Shown: positions 1-7,013 of the stretch, piece after piece | Numbering within the stretch: the stretch's first letter is position 1 | Layout: each line of letters begins with the position of its first letter | Virus record (IMG/VR): IMGVR_UViG_3300016466_000860 | DNA: 20,000 nucleotides | Direction: 5' to 3' (one strand) | DNA from: an uncultured virus (IMG/VR IMGVR_UViG_3300016466_000860) | Lineage: Duplodnaviria > Heunggongvirae > Uroviricota > Caudoviricetes | The notes under the pieces: model-generated | Database searches by the model: none | Told to the model about the DNA's origin: nothing | The model's input: only the letters and a program-made list of their open reading frames with translations | Made by a program: the position numbers and the translations under genes

Positions 1-432
1 GTGTGTAAATGGAGTCGTGGTGTTGTGATCTTCGATACCGTTCATCCATTCAATGGATATCGCCGACTATTTCCCGAGGCTAGCGACGAGGATAGATATC
101 GTGCCAGTGGTATCCTTAGCATAATACAGCCCACCGAACGCATTAGGCATGGCATGGCTTCTTTGGGGTTTTCGGTCAGGATAGCTGGTAGTATGGTGAG
201 TCCGGTAGCATTGCATCTACTAATGAAAAATTGTGGGTTCTCTCACGACCCCGATCTTTATCTGCAGGCCGAGAAAGAAATGCCCGAATACTACGATGTT
301 CGTAAACTCAATCGCTATATGGCTCGTTATGTTGTTGATGATGTAAGAGCAAATTTGTTTAAATATGCCATAGAGGACCCACAATCATTTGAGACAGCTA
401 GATTATGGAATGGCAATTCAACTCACAAATAG
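1..432 (+). CDS. hypothetical protein, probably 5'-truncated by the window edge (possibly the C-terminal part of a methyltransferase-like protein)
   Basis: Open frame from position 1 to TAG at 430-432, overlapping the next gene by 28 nt. No diagnostic motif recognised. Confidence 0.6.
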   Translation: MCKWSRGVVIFDTVHPFNGYRRLFPEASDEDRYRASGILSIIQPTERIRHGMASLGFSVRIAGSMVSPVALHLLMKNCGFSHDPDLYLQAEKEMPEYYDVRKLNRYMARYVVDDVRANLFKYAIEDPQSFETARLWNGNSTHK

Positions 433-1034
433 CCGATATATTTTCGACTCATGCCCGGCAGCACATACCCAATTACGATCACGTACTAGATCTCGCGATA
501 GATCTTTGCCAGCAAAAATCAAACGTCGATGCTCCTATACTCGAGGTAGGATGTGCAGTGGGAGAAACAGTGATTCGACTGCACAATGCCGGATTTACTG
601 ACATCCATGCTGTAGACAACAGCCAGAGTATGTTGGATCGTTGTCCACCGGATATGGCCACGTACTACCTTTCAGACAAGTTTCCCGATGTCAACATTGA
701 ATTCGATGCTGTGCTCTGCAACTGGACCATGCATTTTATTGAAAATAAAAATCCTTATCTCTGGGAAATCTATCAACATCTGCGTCCCAATGGTTTCTTT
801 TTTTTAACAGAAAAAACCGCTAATTCAGGTTTGGCTCTAGACCAGTATCATCTCTACAAATCCCGCCATGGCGTATCCGACGAAGAGATACATAGAAAAG
901 CTGCCAGTCTCCGCGGAGTTATGTTCCCCGAGACCATTGAATGGTATCTACAATCCTTGAAAGGGCTGGGATTCCGTGAAGTATGCGTAGCCAATGCCAA
1001 TTGGTGTTTTACCACTTTTGTTGCTGTAAAATGA
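405..1034 (+). CDS. cmoA: CmoA-like class I SAM-dependent enzyme (carboxy-SAM synthase/methyltransferase family)
   Basis: Motifs WQFNSQIADIF..IPNY, ILEVGCAVG, AVDNSQSML, NWTMHFI, LRPNGFFFLTEK and YKSRHGVSDEEIHRK..L.GVM align by eye along the length of E. coli CmoA. Activity is uncertain (see findings). Confidence 0.75.
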   Translation: MEWQFNSQIADIFSTHARQHIPNYDHVLDLAIDLCQQKSNVDAPILEVGCAVGETVIRLHNAGFTDIHAVDNSQSMLDRCPPDMATYYLSDKFPDVNIEFDAVLCNWTMHFIENKNPYLWEIYQHLRPNGFFFLTEKTANSGLALDQYHLYKSRHGVSDEEIHRKAASLRGVMFPETIEWYLQSLKGLGFREVCVANANWCFTTFVAVK

Positions 1035-1049
1035 AAAATAAATTATAAT
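1021..1049 (+). promoter_or_regulatory. sigma70-like promoter for the tRNA
   Basis: TTGCTG (1021-1026), 17-nt spacer, TATAAT (1044-1049). Confidence 0.65.
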
Positions 1050-1057
1050 ATATTCAC

Positions 1058-1134
1058 GGGCCGTTAGCTTAGTGTCCCAAAGCAGCGTTCTCATAAAGCG
1101 TTGATCCTGGGTTAGAATCCCAGACGGCCCACCA
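1058..1134 (+). tRNA. tRNA with CAT anticodon, probably tRNA-Ile2 (lysidine type); elongator Met is the alternative
   Basis: Cloverleaf: acceptor GGGCCGT/ACGGCCC, D stem GCTT/AAGC, anticodon stem GCGTT/AGCGT with loop CT-CAT-AA, T stem CTGGG/CCCAG, discriminator A and encoded CCA. G1:C72 and no GGG/CCC anticodon stem rule out an initiator tRNA. Confidence 0.93.
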
Positions 1135-1142
1135 TTACAACC

Positions 1143-1382
1143 ATGACAGACTCTCGCATCATATGGATAGACACAGCCAACGGACCGCTTTGGTTGGCCG
1201 CCCGGCTGCTTTATCCCGAGGACGAAAGCCATCATGGCTATGCTGTGGGTCTGTCAGAAAAAGACATAGATCCCATACAAGCCTGGTGTGAAGAACACGA
1301 CTGTGGCCGGCGTATGAGTTTCGATATGTTCCGTTTTCGCAATCAGCGAGAAAAAACCATGTTCCTGATGGTGTGGGGATAG
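1143..1382 (+). CDS. hypothetical phage protein
   Basis: 79-aa ORF in the co-oriented array; its C-terminal WC..F.F..MFLMVWG pattern resembles many small jumbo-phage proteins. Confidence 0.7.
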   Translation: MTDSRIIWIDTANGPLWLAARLLYPEDESHHGYAVGLSEKDIDPIQAWCEEHDCGRRMSFDMFRFRNQREKTMFLMVWG

Positions 1383-1723
1383 TTGAAACAGTGCAAGATA
1401 AACACAAACAACTCATTGAGCATCTCAAAGGGCATCGCCGGCTAGTAATCAACCAGTGTTTTGGCGGGTTCGGCCTCAGTGACTTGGCCTGGCAAAGGTA
1501 CTGTGGTCTAGTGGGTTGGGATCACACCGACGAAAGCCTACACGATCGTATGATTGCCAGAGACGATCCCTATCTGGTCAAAGTGGTCGAAGAATTAGGG
1601 CCTCGGGCCAATGGTGATTTTGCCGAACTCAAAATTGTGGATATACCCGCAGATGTAGAGTGGCAGATCGCAGAGTATGACGGTAACGAGTGGATAGCTG
1701 AAAAGCACCGAACTTGGAAATAA
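1373..1723 (+). CDS. conserved phage hypothetical protein
   Basis: VINQCFGGFGLS, RDDPYLVKVVEELG..ANG..AELKIVDIP and EYDGNEWIAEKHRTW motifs of a widespread phage family. GTG start is uncertain. Confidence 0.85.
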   Translation: MGIVETVQDKHKQLIEHLKGHRRLVINQCFGGFGLSDLAWQRYCGLVGWDHTDESLHDRMIARDDPYLVKVVEELGPRANGDFAELKIVDIPADVEWQIAEYDGNEWIAEKHRTWK

Positions 1724-1733
1724 ACCGTTTTTC

Positions 1734-1763
1734 TTGCTCTATAATCTGTAAATAAGGTATAAT
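1734..1763 (+). promoter_or_regulatory. sigma70-like promoter, leaderless; also contains TAAATA at 1749-1754
   Basis: TTGCTC (1734-1739), 18-nt spacer, TATAAT (1758-1763); ATG follows after 6 nt. Confidence 0.6.
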
Positions 1764-1769
1764 ACTATT

Positions 1770-2627
1770 ATGGCACAACATTCAAATTATTGGAGTTGCT
1801 CGCAGTTTGCTGATTGGCTGCGCGGCACGAAAAAACTCAAAATGGGCACCGGCGACGAGTGGGATCTCTGGCGCAAGACAGCTCAAGCCAACCATCGTTT
1901 CCGCTATTGGCTGGCCGAAGAGGGACTCGACTACATCCAAGATTTCGTCACTTGGCCCACAAGGAAGCTCTATGATATCAAATACTATGTCAACAATCGT
2001 TGGGTCACTCGCACCCATAGCCTTACTGCTCATCCTCGTGACATCCAACCTGGAAAATGGTGCGACGTAGGTAATCGATTCCTTCCTTGCCTTTTCAACG
2101 AGCTTGTAGATTTCGTTGAAGTAGAATTGGCCTGGTGGAACATTGCCTGGGACCCAGAGGCTCGCAAAAAGTACAAATCACCGTTCTGGGCCTCGGGTTG
2201 GTTTCGCTGGAGAACTTGGCGTTGTGCCGAGTCCGGCCTTGACAATCTAAAGTGGCAAATGAACATCCGGGCCGATGAAAGTTACGGTCTCCAAGAAGGT
2301 GATAAAGGATGGAACGAACCTACTCGTCAAGCCATCAACGCTCGAGAGATTTTTGAACTTTATACTTGGTGGACCACTGTTTACCGCAATCGTCCCGATG
2401 CCATGGACGCCAGCGGGTGGGCGGCCTACTGCGAAAAGAAACGACAGTTGCGCGACGAAAATGATGATCCCATTTCATTCTTCAGTGATCGCGGAGAAAC
2501 CAAGGAGTTGCGACGAGAGCGCGACCGAACTCTCAAACTCATGAACAAGATCGAAAAACAATACAACGACGAAGATGAAGCAATGATGATCCGATTGATC
2601 AAGATAAGGGATAGTTTATGGACTTGA
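1770..2627 (+). CDS. conserved hypothetical Trp-rich phage protein
   Basis: 285-aa ORF with LF..LVDFVE.E, ELY.WW...R and D..M.RLIKIR..LWT patterns typical of large-phage proteins. Confidence 0.85.
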   Translation: MAQHSNYWSCSQFADWLRGTKKLKMGTGDEWDLWRKTAQANHRFRYWLAEEGLDYIQDFVTWPTRKLYDIKYYVNNRWVTRTHSLTAHPRDIQPGKWCDVGNRFLPCLFNELVDFVEVELAWWNIAWDPEARKKYKSPFWASGWFRWRTWRCAESGLDNLKWQMNIRADESYGLQEGDKGWNEPTRQAINAREIFELYTWWTTVYRNRPDAMDASGWAAYCEKKRQLRDENDDPISFFSDRGETKELRRERDRTLKLMNKIEKQYNDEDEAMMIRLIKIRDSLWT

Positions 2628-2974
2628 AAGCTCAACAACCAGCTGAAGGTGTGAGTTGTACCGGGATCTGGGATGATGCCAGAAGTTTCCGTATTGGCTG
2701 CGACTGCACCGATCCCAATCACGATGTCAACATGTGGATCGAAGTCAAACATGATTCCGAAGTCAATGAAGTGGAAGTGGGGTTTTACGTGGAAGGCTCT
2801 AGTCCGCATTGGAGCCCGGGGTGGAACCGTATCCGGGCCGCTTGGCAGATCTTGACCCAGGGATATCATCGCAGTGAGCATCACCTATTGTTGAAGCCAC
2901 AGGCCGCGATGAACATGGCCGAAGCCATCAAACATCATGTCAAACTGCTGTCTCAACGAGATTCTGTTAAATAA
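2618..2974 (+). CDS. hypothetical protein with CxC..H motif
   Basis: 118-aa ORF overlapping the upstream stop; AAGGGA SD-like sequence; CDCTDPNH motif. Confidence 0.8.
   Translation: MDLKAQQPAEGVSCTGIWDDARSFRIGCDCTDPNHDVNMWIEVKHDSEVNEVEVGFYVEGSSPHWSPGWNRIRAAWQILTQGYHRSEHHLLLKPQAAMNMAEAIKHHVKLLSQRDSVK
2968..2973 (+). promoter_or_regulatory. putative late promoter (TAAATA)
   Basis: TAAATA 20 nt upstream of ATG 2994 with AGGA between; the same motif recurs before other genes. Confidence 0.45.
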
Positions 2975-2993
2975 CTCTGTATAGGACACAATC

Positions 2994-3317
2994 ATGACCC
3001 TACTTGAAATTATCGGACTGGCTTGGCTCGTTATGTTGACTTGGAGTTTTATTTCTGCCATACAGCAGGCCAAAAACGAAATCAGGGCCGAACACCAAAA
3101 AGACACCGAGAAAGAAGTCAACAAAGCTATCCGAGAAGTCTACATAGATGCCGTAGAAACCAACGGAAATCGTTTTTTCTTGGTCTATGACTCCAAAACA
3201 CACGATTACATCGCCCAAGGCAAAACACAAGAAGAAGTGCAAAACAATATCAAGACTCGTTTTCCCGATGTGGTGTTTATAATCAACAGCGAAAATCTGC
3301 AAAAAATCAGCGGTTGA
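2994..3317 (+). CDS. hypothetical protein with N-terminal transmembrane anchor
   Basis: Hydrophobic N-terminus LLEIIGLAWLVMLTWSFI; SD AGGA. Confidence 0.8.
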   Translation: MTLLEIIGLAWLVMLTWSFISAIQQAKNEIRAEHQKDTEKEVNKAIREVYIDAVETNGNRFFLVYDSKTHDYIAQGKTQEEVQNNIKTRFPDVVFIINSENLQKISG

Positions 3318-3342
3318 CCACAAATCTTTGATCTGCTATACT
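3314..3342 (+). promoter_or_regulatory. sigma70-like promoter with extended -10, leaderless
   Basis: TTGACC (3314-3319), 17-nt spacer, TGc-TATACT (3337-3342); ATG at 3349. Confidence 0.75.
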
Positions 3343-3348
3343 AGCAGT

Positions 3349-3591
3349 ATGAGAGATCTTATTAAGACCTTTGAGCGAACCACGGTCACCATTGGCCCGG
3401 GCGATCCCAGTTTTCGCTTGCACGACGGCTTCATCTCAGCGAATCGCGCAGGCTTCATTATTTCCAAAGACTGCCCGAAAGAATATGCCGAGGCCATTGT
3501 GCGGGCCATCCATTGTGGTTGGCTAGAACCTACAGCCACAGTACCTAAAAACGACCCAACACTGATCTGGGATACACTAAAATCAACATGA
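3349..3591 (+). CDS. hypothetical protein (start revised to ATG 3349)
   Basis: The ORF-track TTG start at 3328 lies inside the promoter; MRDLIKTF begins 6 nt after the -10. Confidence 0.75.
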   Translation: MRDLIKTFERTTVTIGPGDPSFRLHDGFISANRAGFIISKDCPKEYAEAIVRAIHCGWLEPTATVPKNDPTLIWDTLKST

Positions 3592-3836
3592 CTTTACCCG
3601 ACGAACGATACCGTGCTATCCGCCAGGCCCGCCAGTTTCTGATCGATCTGTGTGATCGTACCGTGACCCCAAAGGTGCCCAGGGCTATACGCGGCGAAGC
3701 CTATCGCCTGTTACGACATTATCCTTCGGACTATGATCTGGACCGGTTGAGTGAAAAAGCACCTGATGTTATAATCAAAGAAATGGAACCGGTTTATCGT
3801 ATGATTCGACAATACGAAGAGGAGACAAAGCGATGA
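3588..3836 (+). CDS. conserved hypothetical protein (BPSL0761-like family)
   Basis: MTLPDERYRAI..ARQFL..L..P..IR.EA..LLRHYP signature; ATGA overlap with the upstream gene. Confidence 0.8.
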   Translation: MTLPDERYRAIRQARQFLIDLCDRTVTPKVPRAIRGEAYRLLRHYPSDYDLDRLSEKAPDVIIKEMEPVYRMIRQYEEETKR

Positions 3837-4246
3837 CCATGCATCTCGAAGGCCCTTGGATGACCACTACAAAGTACAGCAAGAAAGCCCACAAGAAATG
3901 GGCCAGTAGCGCGGCCAAGCAAAAGGCTGCTCGCGAGGCACAGGAGTGGGAAGATCTGCAAAGGTCCTGGGATCAGCTGGCTCCGAGATTCTCCACTCGT
4001 AAACTACCAGCGGAGAAAATGCCCGCAGGTGCATTCCGGCCATTGCAGAGTGGACCAAAGTATCCTCCCGGTCGTGAACCACAAAACATACCCAGCAGAG
4101 ATTCGGGCATGGGAGTGGCAACAGCGCCAGCGACCAAGGTCTATACCGGTACCAAAATCAAAGGCATTGGTACCATGCACAAATCAAATGCAGTACCAAT
4201 TTTTTCTGACGAAGAAGCGCAGGACATCGCGCATATGAGGAGATAA
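3833..4246 (+). CDS. conserved T4-like phage hypothetical protein
   Basis: C-terminal YTGTKIKGIGTMHKSNAVPIF..A.DIA.MRR motif common in T4-like phages; SD GAGGAG; ATGA overlap. Confidence 0.85.
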   Translation: MTMHLEGPWMTTTKYSKKAHKKWASSAAKQKAAREAQEWEDLQRSWDQLAPRFSTRKLPAEKMPAGAFRPLQSGPKYPPGREPQNIPSRDSGMGVATAPATKVYTGTKIKGIGTMHKSNAVPIFSDEEAQDIAHMRR

Positions 4247-4248
4247 CT

Positions 4249-4503
4249 GTGAACTCTTTTGTTTTTGTTTTGGTGTTGACCGGTACCATGGAATTTACTG
4301 GGCCAGAAAATGACATCGATGTCTTCCAGAGTTTTGAACAATGCCGGCAGGCCAGTGCCAAGGTCAACCAGACCATGATGGGCACCGGACAGATAGCCAC
4401 TTGTTTTCCGCGTCAACTCAACAAAGAAAGCGTGGCCTTTGCTCAAGAAATGCTAGAAAAAATCCAGCGAGCTGAATCAACATCACACATCGGGAGACAA
4501 TGA
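4249..4503 (+). CDS. small exported or membrane protein with two Cys (paralog A)
   Basis: SD AGGAG, GTG start, hydrophobic N-terminus, F.S.EQCR...IATCFP motif. Confidence 0.75.
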   Translation: MNSFVFVLVLTGTMEFTGPENDIDVFQSFEQCRQASAKVNQTMMGTGQIATCFPRQLNKESVAFAQEMLEKIQRAESTSHIGRQ

Positions 4504-4763
4504 TGATAGCAAGTATTTCATATGCATTGGTGTTGTTTGTGCATCCCAGTCCAGAGCCCAGGATCTTTGCTACATTCCCTACCGCGGAAGCTTGCCGCAA
4601 AGAACGAGTAGTAATATCCCAGGATCTAGTAGGATCCAATATCACCGCCACGTGCGTGCCACAGGAGCGCATCAACCTCTCAGACATTGAGACTCAGATG
4701 CAGGCCATTATGGGCACCATGCGCGGTCTGCAACAACGAATAGAATCTGAAGGAAAATTTTAA
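4500..4763 (+). CDS. small exported or membrane protein with two Cys (paralog B)
   Basis: SD GGGAG, ATGA overlap, hydrophobic N-terminus, FPTAEACR...ITATCVP motif. Confidence 0.75.
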   Translation: MMIASISYALVLFVHPSPEPRIFATFPTAEACRKERVVISQDLVGSNITATCVPQERINLSDIETQMQAIMGTMRGLQQRIESEGKF

Positions 4764-4772
4764 AGGACTGTC

Positions 4773-4985
4773 ATGAAAGCCAAAGAGATCGGAGAAAAAA
4801 TACAAGGTGGTTTCGATTGGGTGTGTGATATGTTGGAGCCCATAGAGAATCGTTGGTTGGTATTTGGCATCGCGGTATTTGCGATGTTGATCACCAAGGC
4901 CGCGGGTGCCCAAGGGCTCAGTCATCTCATTGGTCTGATCTACATCATGTTTTGGATAACTAAAAATCAAATAAGGAAAGAATGA
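4773..4985 (+). CDS. small membrane protein (two predicted TM segments)
   Basis: SD AAGGA; hydrophobic segments WLVFGIAVFAMLI and HLIGLIYIMFWI. Confidence 0.75.
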   Translation: MKAKEIGEKIQGGFDWVCDMLEPIENRWLVFGIAVFAMLITKAAGAQGLSHLIGLIYIMFWITKNQIRKE

Positions 4986-5800
4986 AGCTTTATCAAACCA
5001 GTGACTTGCATCTTGAATTCGGTGACATCACGATTGAAAATCGTGATGACGTCGATGTTCTTGTGCTGGGCGGAGATATCTGTACTGCACATCACATCGA
5101 TAAACAGTCTGACCGAGGAGAACGCTATCGCGCTTTCTTCCAGCGAGTGAGCCGGGACTTTCCCAATGTCATTTATGTCATGGGCAATCATGAGCACTAT
5201 AGCGGAGACTTTGCCAAGAGCCAAGGCCAGCTCCAGCTCATGTTTGACCACTTGGGACTAAACAATGTGCATCTGCTGGAAAAAAGCACAGTAGATATCG
5301 GTGGCTACACTTTCATCGGTGGCACCCTTTGGACTGACCTCAATCGTGGAGATCCCATCACTGTGCATTCTGTGGAAACGATGATGAACGATTATCGTGC
5401 GTGCAGAAACACCAATGACAAAAATGTATGGAAACTGTTGCCTCGACACACCGCAGAAGATCATCGGGTCATGAAACAGTACATCAAATTCGTGATCGAA
5501 GACCGCCATGCACGAGGTATCAACGACAAAAAAGTGGTGGTGGTCACTCATCACAGTCCCAGTCATGCCAGCATCCACGAGATGTATCGTGGTGACATGA
5601 TCATGAACGGTGCATTCCACAGCGACCTAAGCGAGTTCATACTGGATCGACCCGACATCGTGTTGTGGACACACGGCCACACTCATTTCGAGTTTGACTA
5701 CATGATGGGCGACACAAGGATCGTTTGTAATCCTCGCGGCTACATTGGTTATGAGGAGCGTGCCAACTACTATCTTCCTAAACTGATAGAGTTGGATTAA
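4982..5800 (+). CDS. calcineurin-like metallophosphoesterase
   Basis: All five motifs present: SDLH, GGDI, GNHEH, THH, HGHTH; C-terminal CNPRGY; SD AAGGA. Confidence 0.95.
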   Translation: MKLYQTSDLHLEFGDITIENRDDVDVLVLGGDICTAHHIDKQSDRGERYRAFFQRVSRDFPNVIYVMGNHEHYSGDFAKSQGQLQLMFDHLGLNNVHLLEKSTVDIGGYTFIGGTLWTDLNRGDPITVHSVETMMNDYRACRNTNDKNVWKLLPRHTAEDHRVMKQYIKFVIEDRHARGINDKKVVVVTHHSPSHASIHEMYRGDMIMNGAFHSDLSEFILDRPDIVLWTHGHTHFEFDYMMGDTRIVCNPRGYIGYEERANYYLPKLIELD

Positions 5801-5824
5801 ATACATACTTTATCAGAAAGGATA
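5783..5824 (+). promoter_or_regulatory. TAAATA late-type promoter in the loop of a hairpin upstream of infA
   Basis: CTGATAGAGT (5783-5792) pairs with ACTTTATCAG (5807-5816), with one G:U; TAAATA at 5798-5803 is in the loop; AAAGGA follows. Confidence 0.55.
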
Positions 5825-5839
5825 TTAGACACCCAATCT

Positions 5840-6061
5840 ATGCCCAAAGAAGACAATTTCACCATGTCCGGCACCGTGCTGGAACTCTTACCAAACGCCA
5901 CTTTTCGTGTAGAACTCGCGGAAACCAAGCACGTCATTACCGCTTATCTCGGAGGCAAACTCAGACAGCACAACATCAAGATACTCATGGGCGACACCGT
6001 TGATGTTGAAATGAGCAGTTATGATCTCAATCGAGGGCGCATCACCTATCGCAATAAATAG
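5840..6061 (+). CDS. infA: translation initiation factor IF-1
   Basis: [21 protein letters not shown]...I.IL.GD.V.VEMS.YDL.RGRITYR matches the IF-1 consensus over 73 aa. Confidence 0.97.
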   Translation: MPKEDNFTMSGTVLELLPNATFRVELAETKHVITAYLGGKLRQHNIKILMGDTVDVEMSSYDLNRGRITYRNK

Positions 6062-6066
6062 TAGAT
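6055..6066 (+). promoter_or_regulatory. putative late promoter TAAATAGTAGAT
   Basis: Identical 12-mer at 6989-7000; the SOD ATG follows 7 nt after TAAATA. Confidence 0.65.
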
Positions 6067-6067
6067 C

Positions 6068-6619
6068 ATGGACGACTTGCGCAAAATCATCGATCTCATC
6101 GAATCCAAAAGCTCTCGAATCCTAGAGATGGTAAAACTACCTTCGGGCATGAACAGTTTCTCCCCTATATTCAGCTCGGCCCTGATGCAACTGCACTACG
6201 GCAAACTCTATCGAGGTTATGTCACACGCTTCAACGCCAACGAAGGTGATCGTGCCTTCAACGAAGCCGGCGCACACTTGCACGATGTCTATTTTAGCCA
6301 ATTCAAACCACGATCGGCCTCTAATCGTCCCACTGGTCGAATCTTGGATATGATCAATCGTGAATTTGGGGATTTTGTAGCTTTTAAAAAAGCTATCACC
6401 GAAGAAGCTATGAAAGTTCAAGGGTCAGGGTGGGTGTATGTGAATCGCCAGGGCAAGCTCAAACAGATCAAGAATCATCGCATACCCAGTGATGGTATTG
6501 TGATACTGATTGATCTCTGGGAACATGCGTTCCAGATGGATTACCACAGCGACAAGAAAAAATACATAGACTCGCTGTGGAAGATCATGGACTGGTCTGC
6601 CATCAATCAAAGAATATGA
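6068..6619 (+). CDS. Fe/Mn superoxide dismutase-like protein
   Basis: [27 protein letters not shown] and [12 protein letters not shown] motifs; the four metal ligands (H, H, D, H) appear to be retained. Confidence 0.92.
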   Translation: MDDLRKIIDLIESKSSRILEMVKLPSGMNSFSPIFSSALMQLHYGKLYRGYVTRFNANEGDRAFNEAGAHLHDVYFSQFKPRSASNRPTGRILDMINREFGDFVAFKKAITEEAMKVQGSGWVYVNRQGKLKQIKNHRIPSDGIVILIDLWEHAFQMDYHSDKKKYIDSLWKIMDWSAINQRI

Positions 6620-6942
6620 TTTCACTGTCTGACTCAGCGCGAGAAAAAATCTCTTCCTTGATCGCCGAAGAAAACAACAGCGGTTCGCACCTCCGTGTGT
6701 TCGTGCAAGGTGGAGGATGTTCGGGCATGCAGTACGGTTTCACTTTCGATGATGCTGTCAACGACGACGATCACGTGCTGGAATTTGGATCAGTCAAACT
6801 GTTAGTAGACTCCATGAGCGGGCAGTACCTCACAGGAGCTGTCATTGACTTCCGAGAAGATCTCCAAGGATCTAACTTCAGCATAAAAAATCCCAATGCC
6901 GAAACAACCTGTGGTTGCGGTAGTAGCTTCAATCCTTATTAA
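6616..6942 (+). CDS. erpA: A-type Fe-S cluster carrier (ErpA/IscA, HesB family); start revised to ATG 6616
   Basis: [31 protein letters not shown] and [14 protein letters not shown] with three conserved Cys; ATGA overlap with the SOD stop. Confidence 0.93.
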   Translation: MISLSDSAREKISSLIAEENNSGSHLRVFVQGGGCSGMQYGFTFDDAVNDDDHVLEFGSVKLLVDSMSGQYLTGAVIDFREDLQGSNFSIKNPNAETTCGCGSSFNPY

Positions 6943-6973
6943 AACCCAACTTTAATCTCACCCAATTCCGGGT

Positions 6974-7012
6974 TCCTGTCCTTTTCGCTAAATAGTAGAT
7001 AAAAGGATGGGA
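6974..7012 (+). promoter_or_regulatory. late promoter in the loop of an SD-sequestering hairpin
   Basis: TCCTGTCCTTTT (6974-6985) pairs with AAAAGGATGGGA (7001-7012): 12 bp with 2 G:U. TAAATA at 6989-6994 is in the loop; ATG at 7014. Confidence 0.75.
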
Positions 7013-7013
7013 T

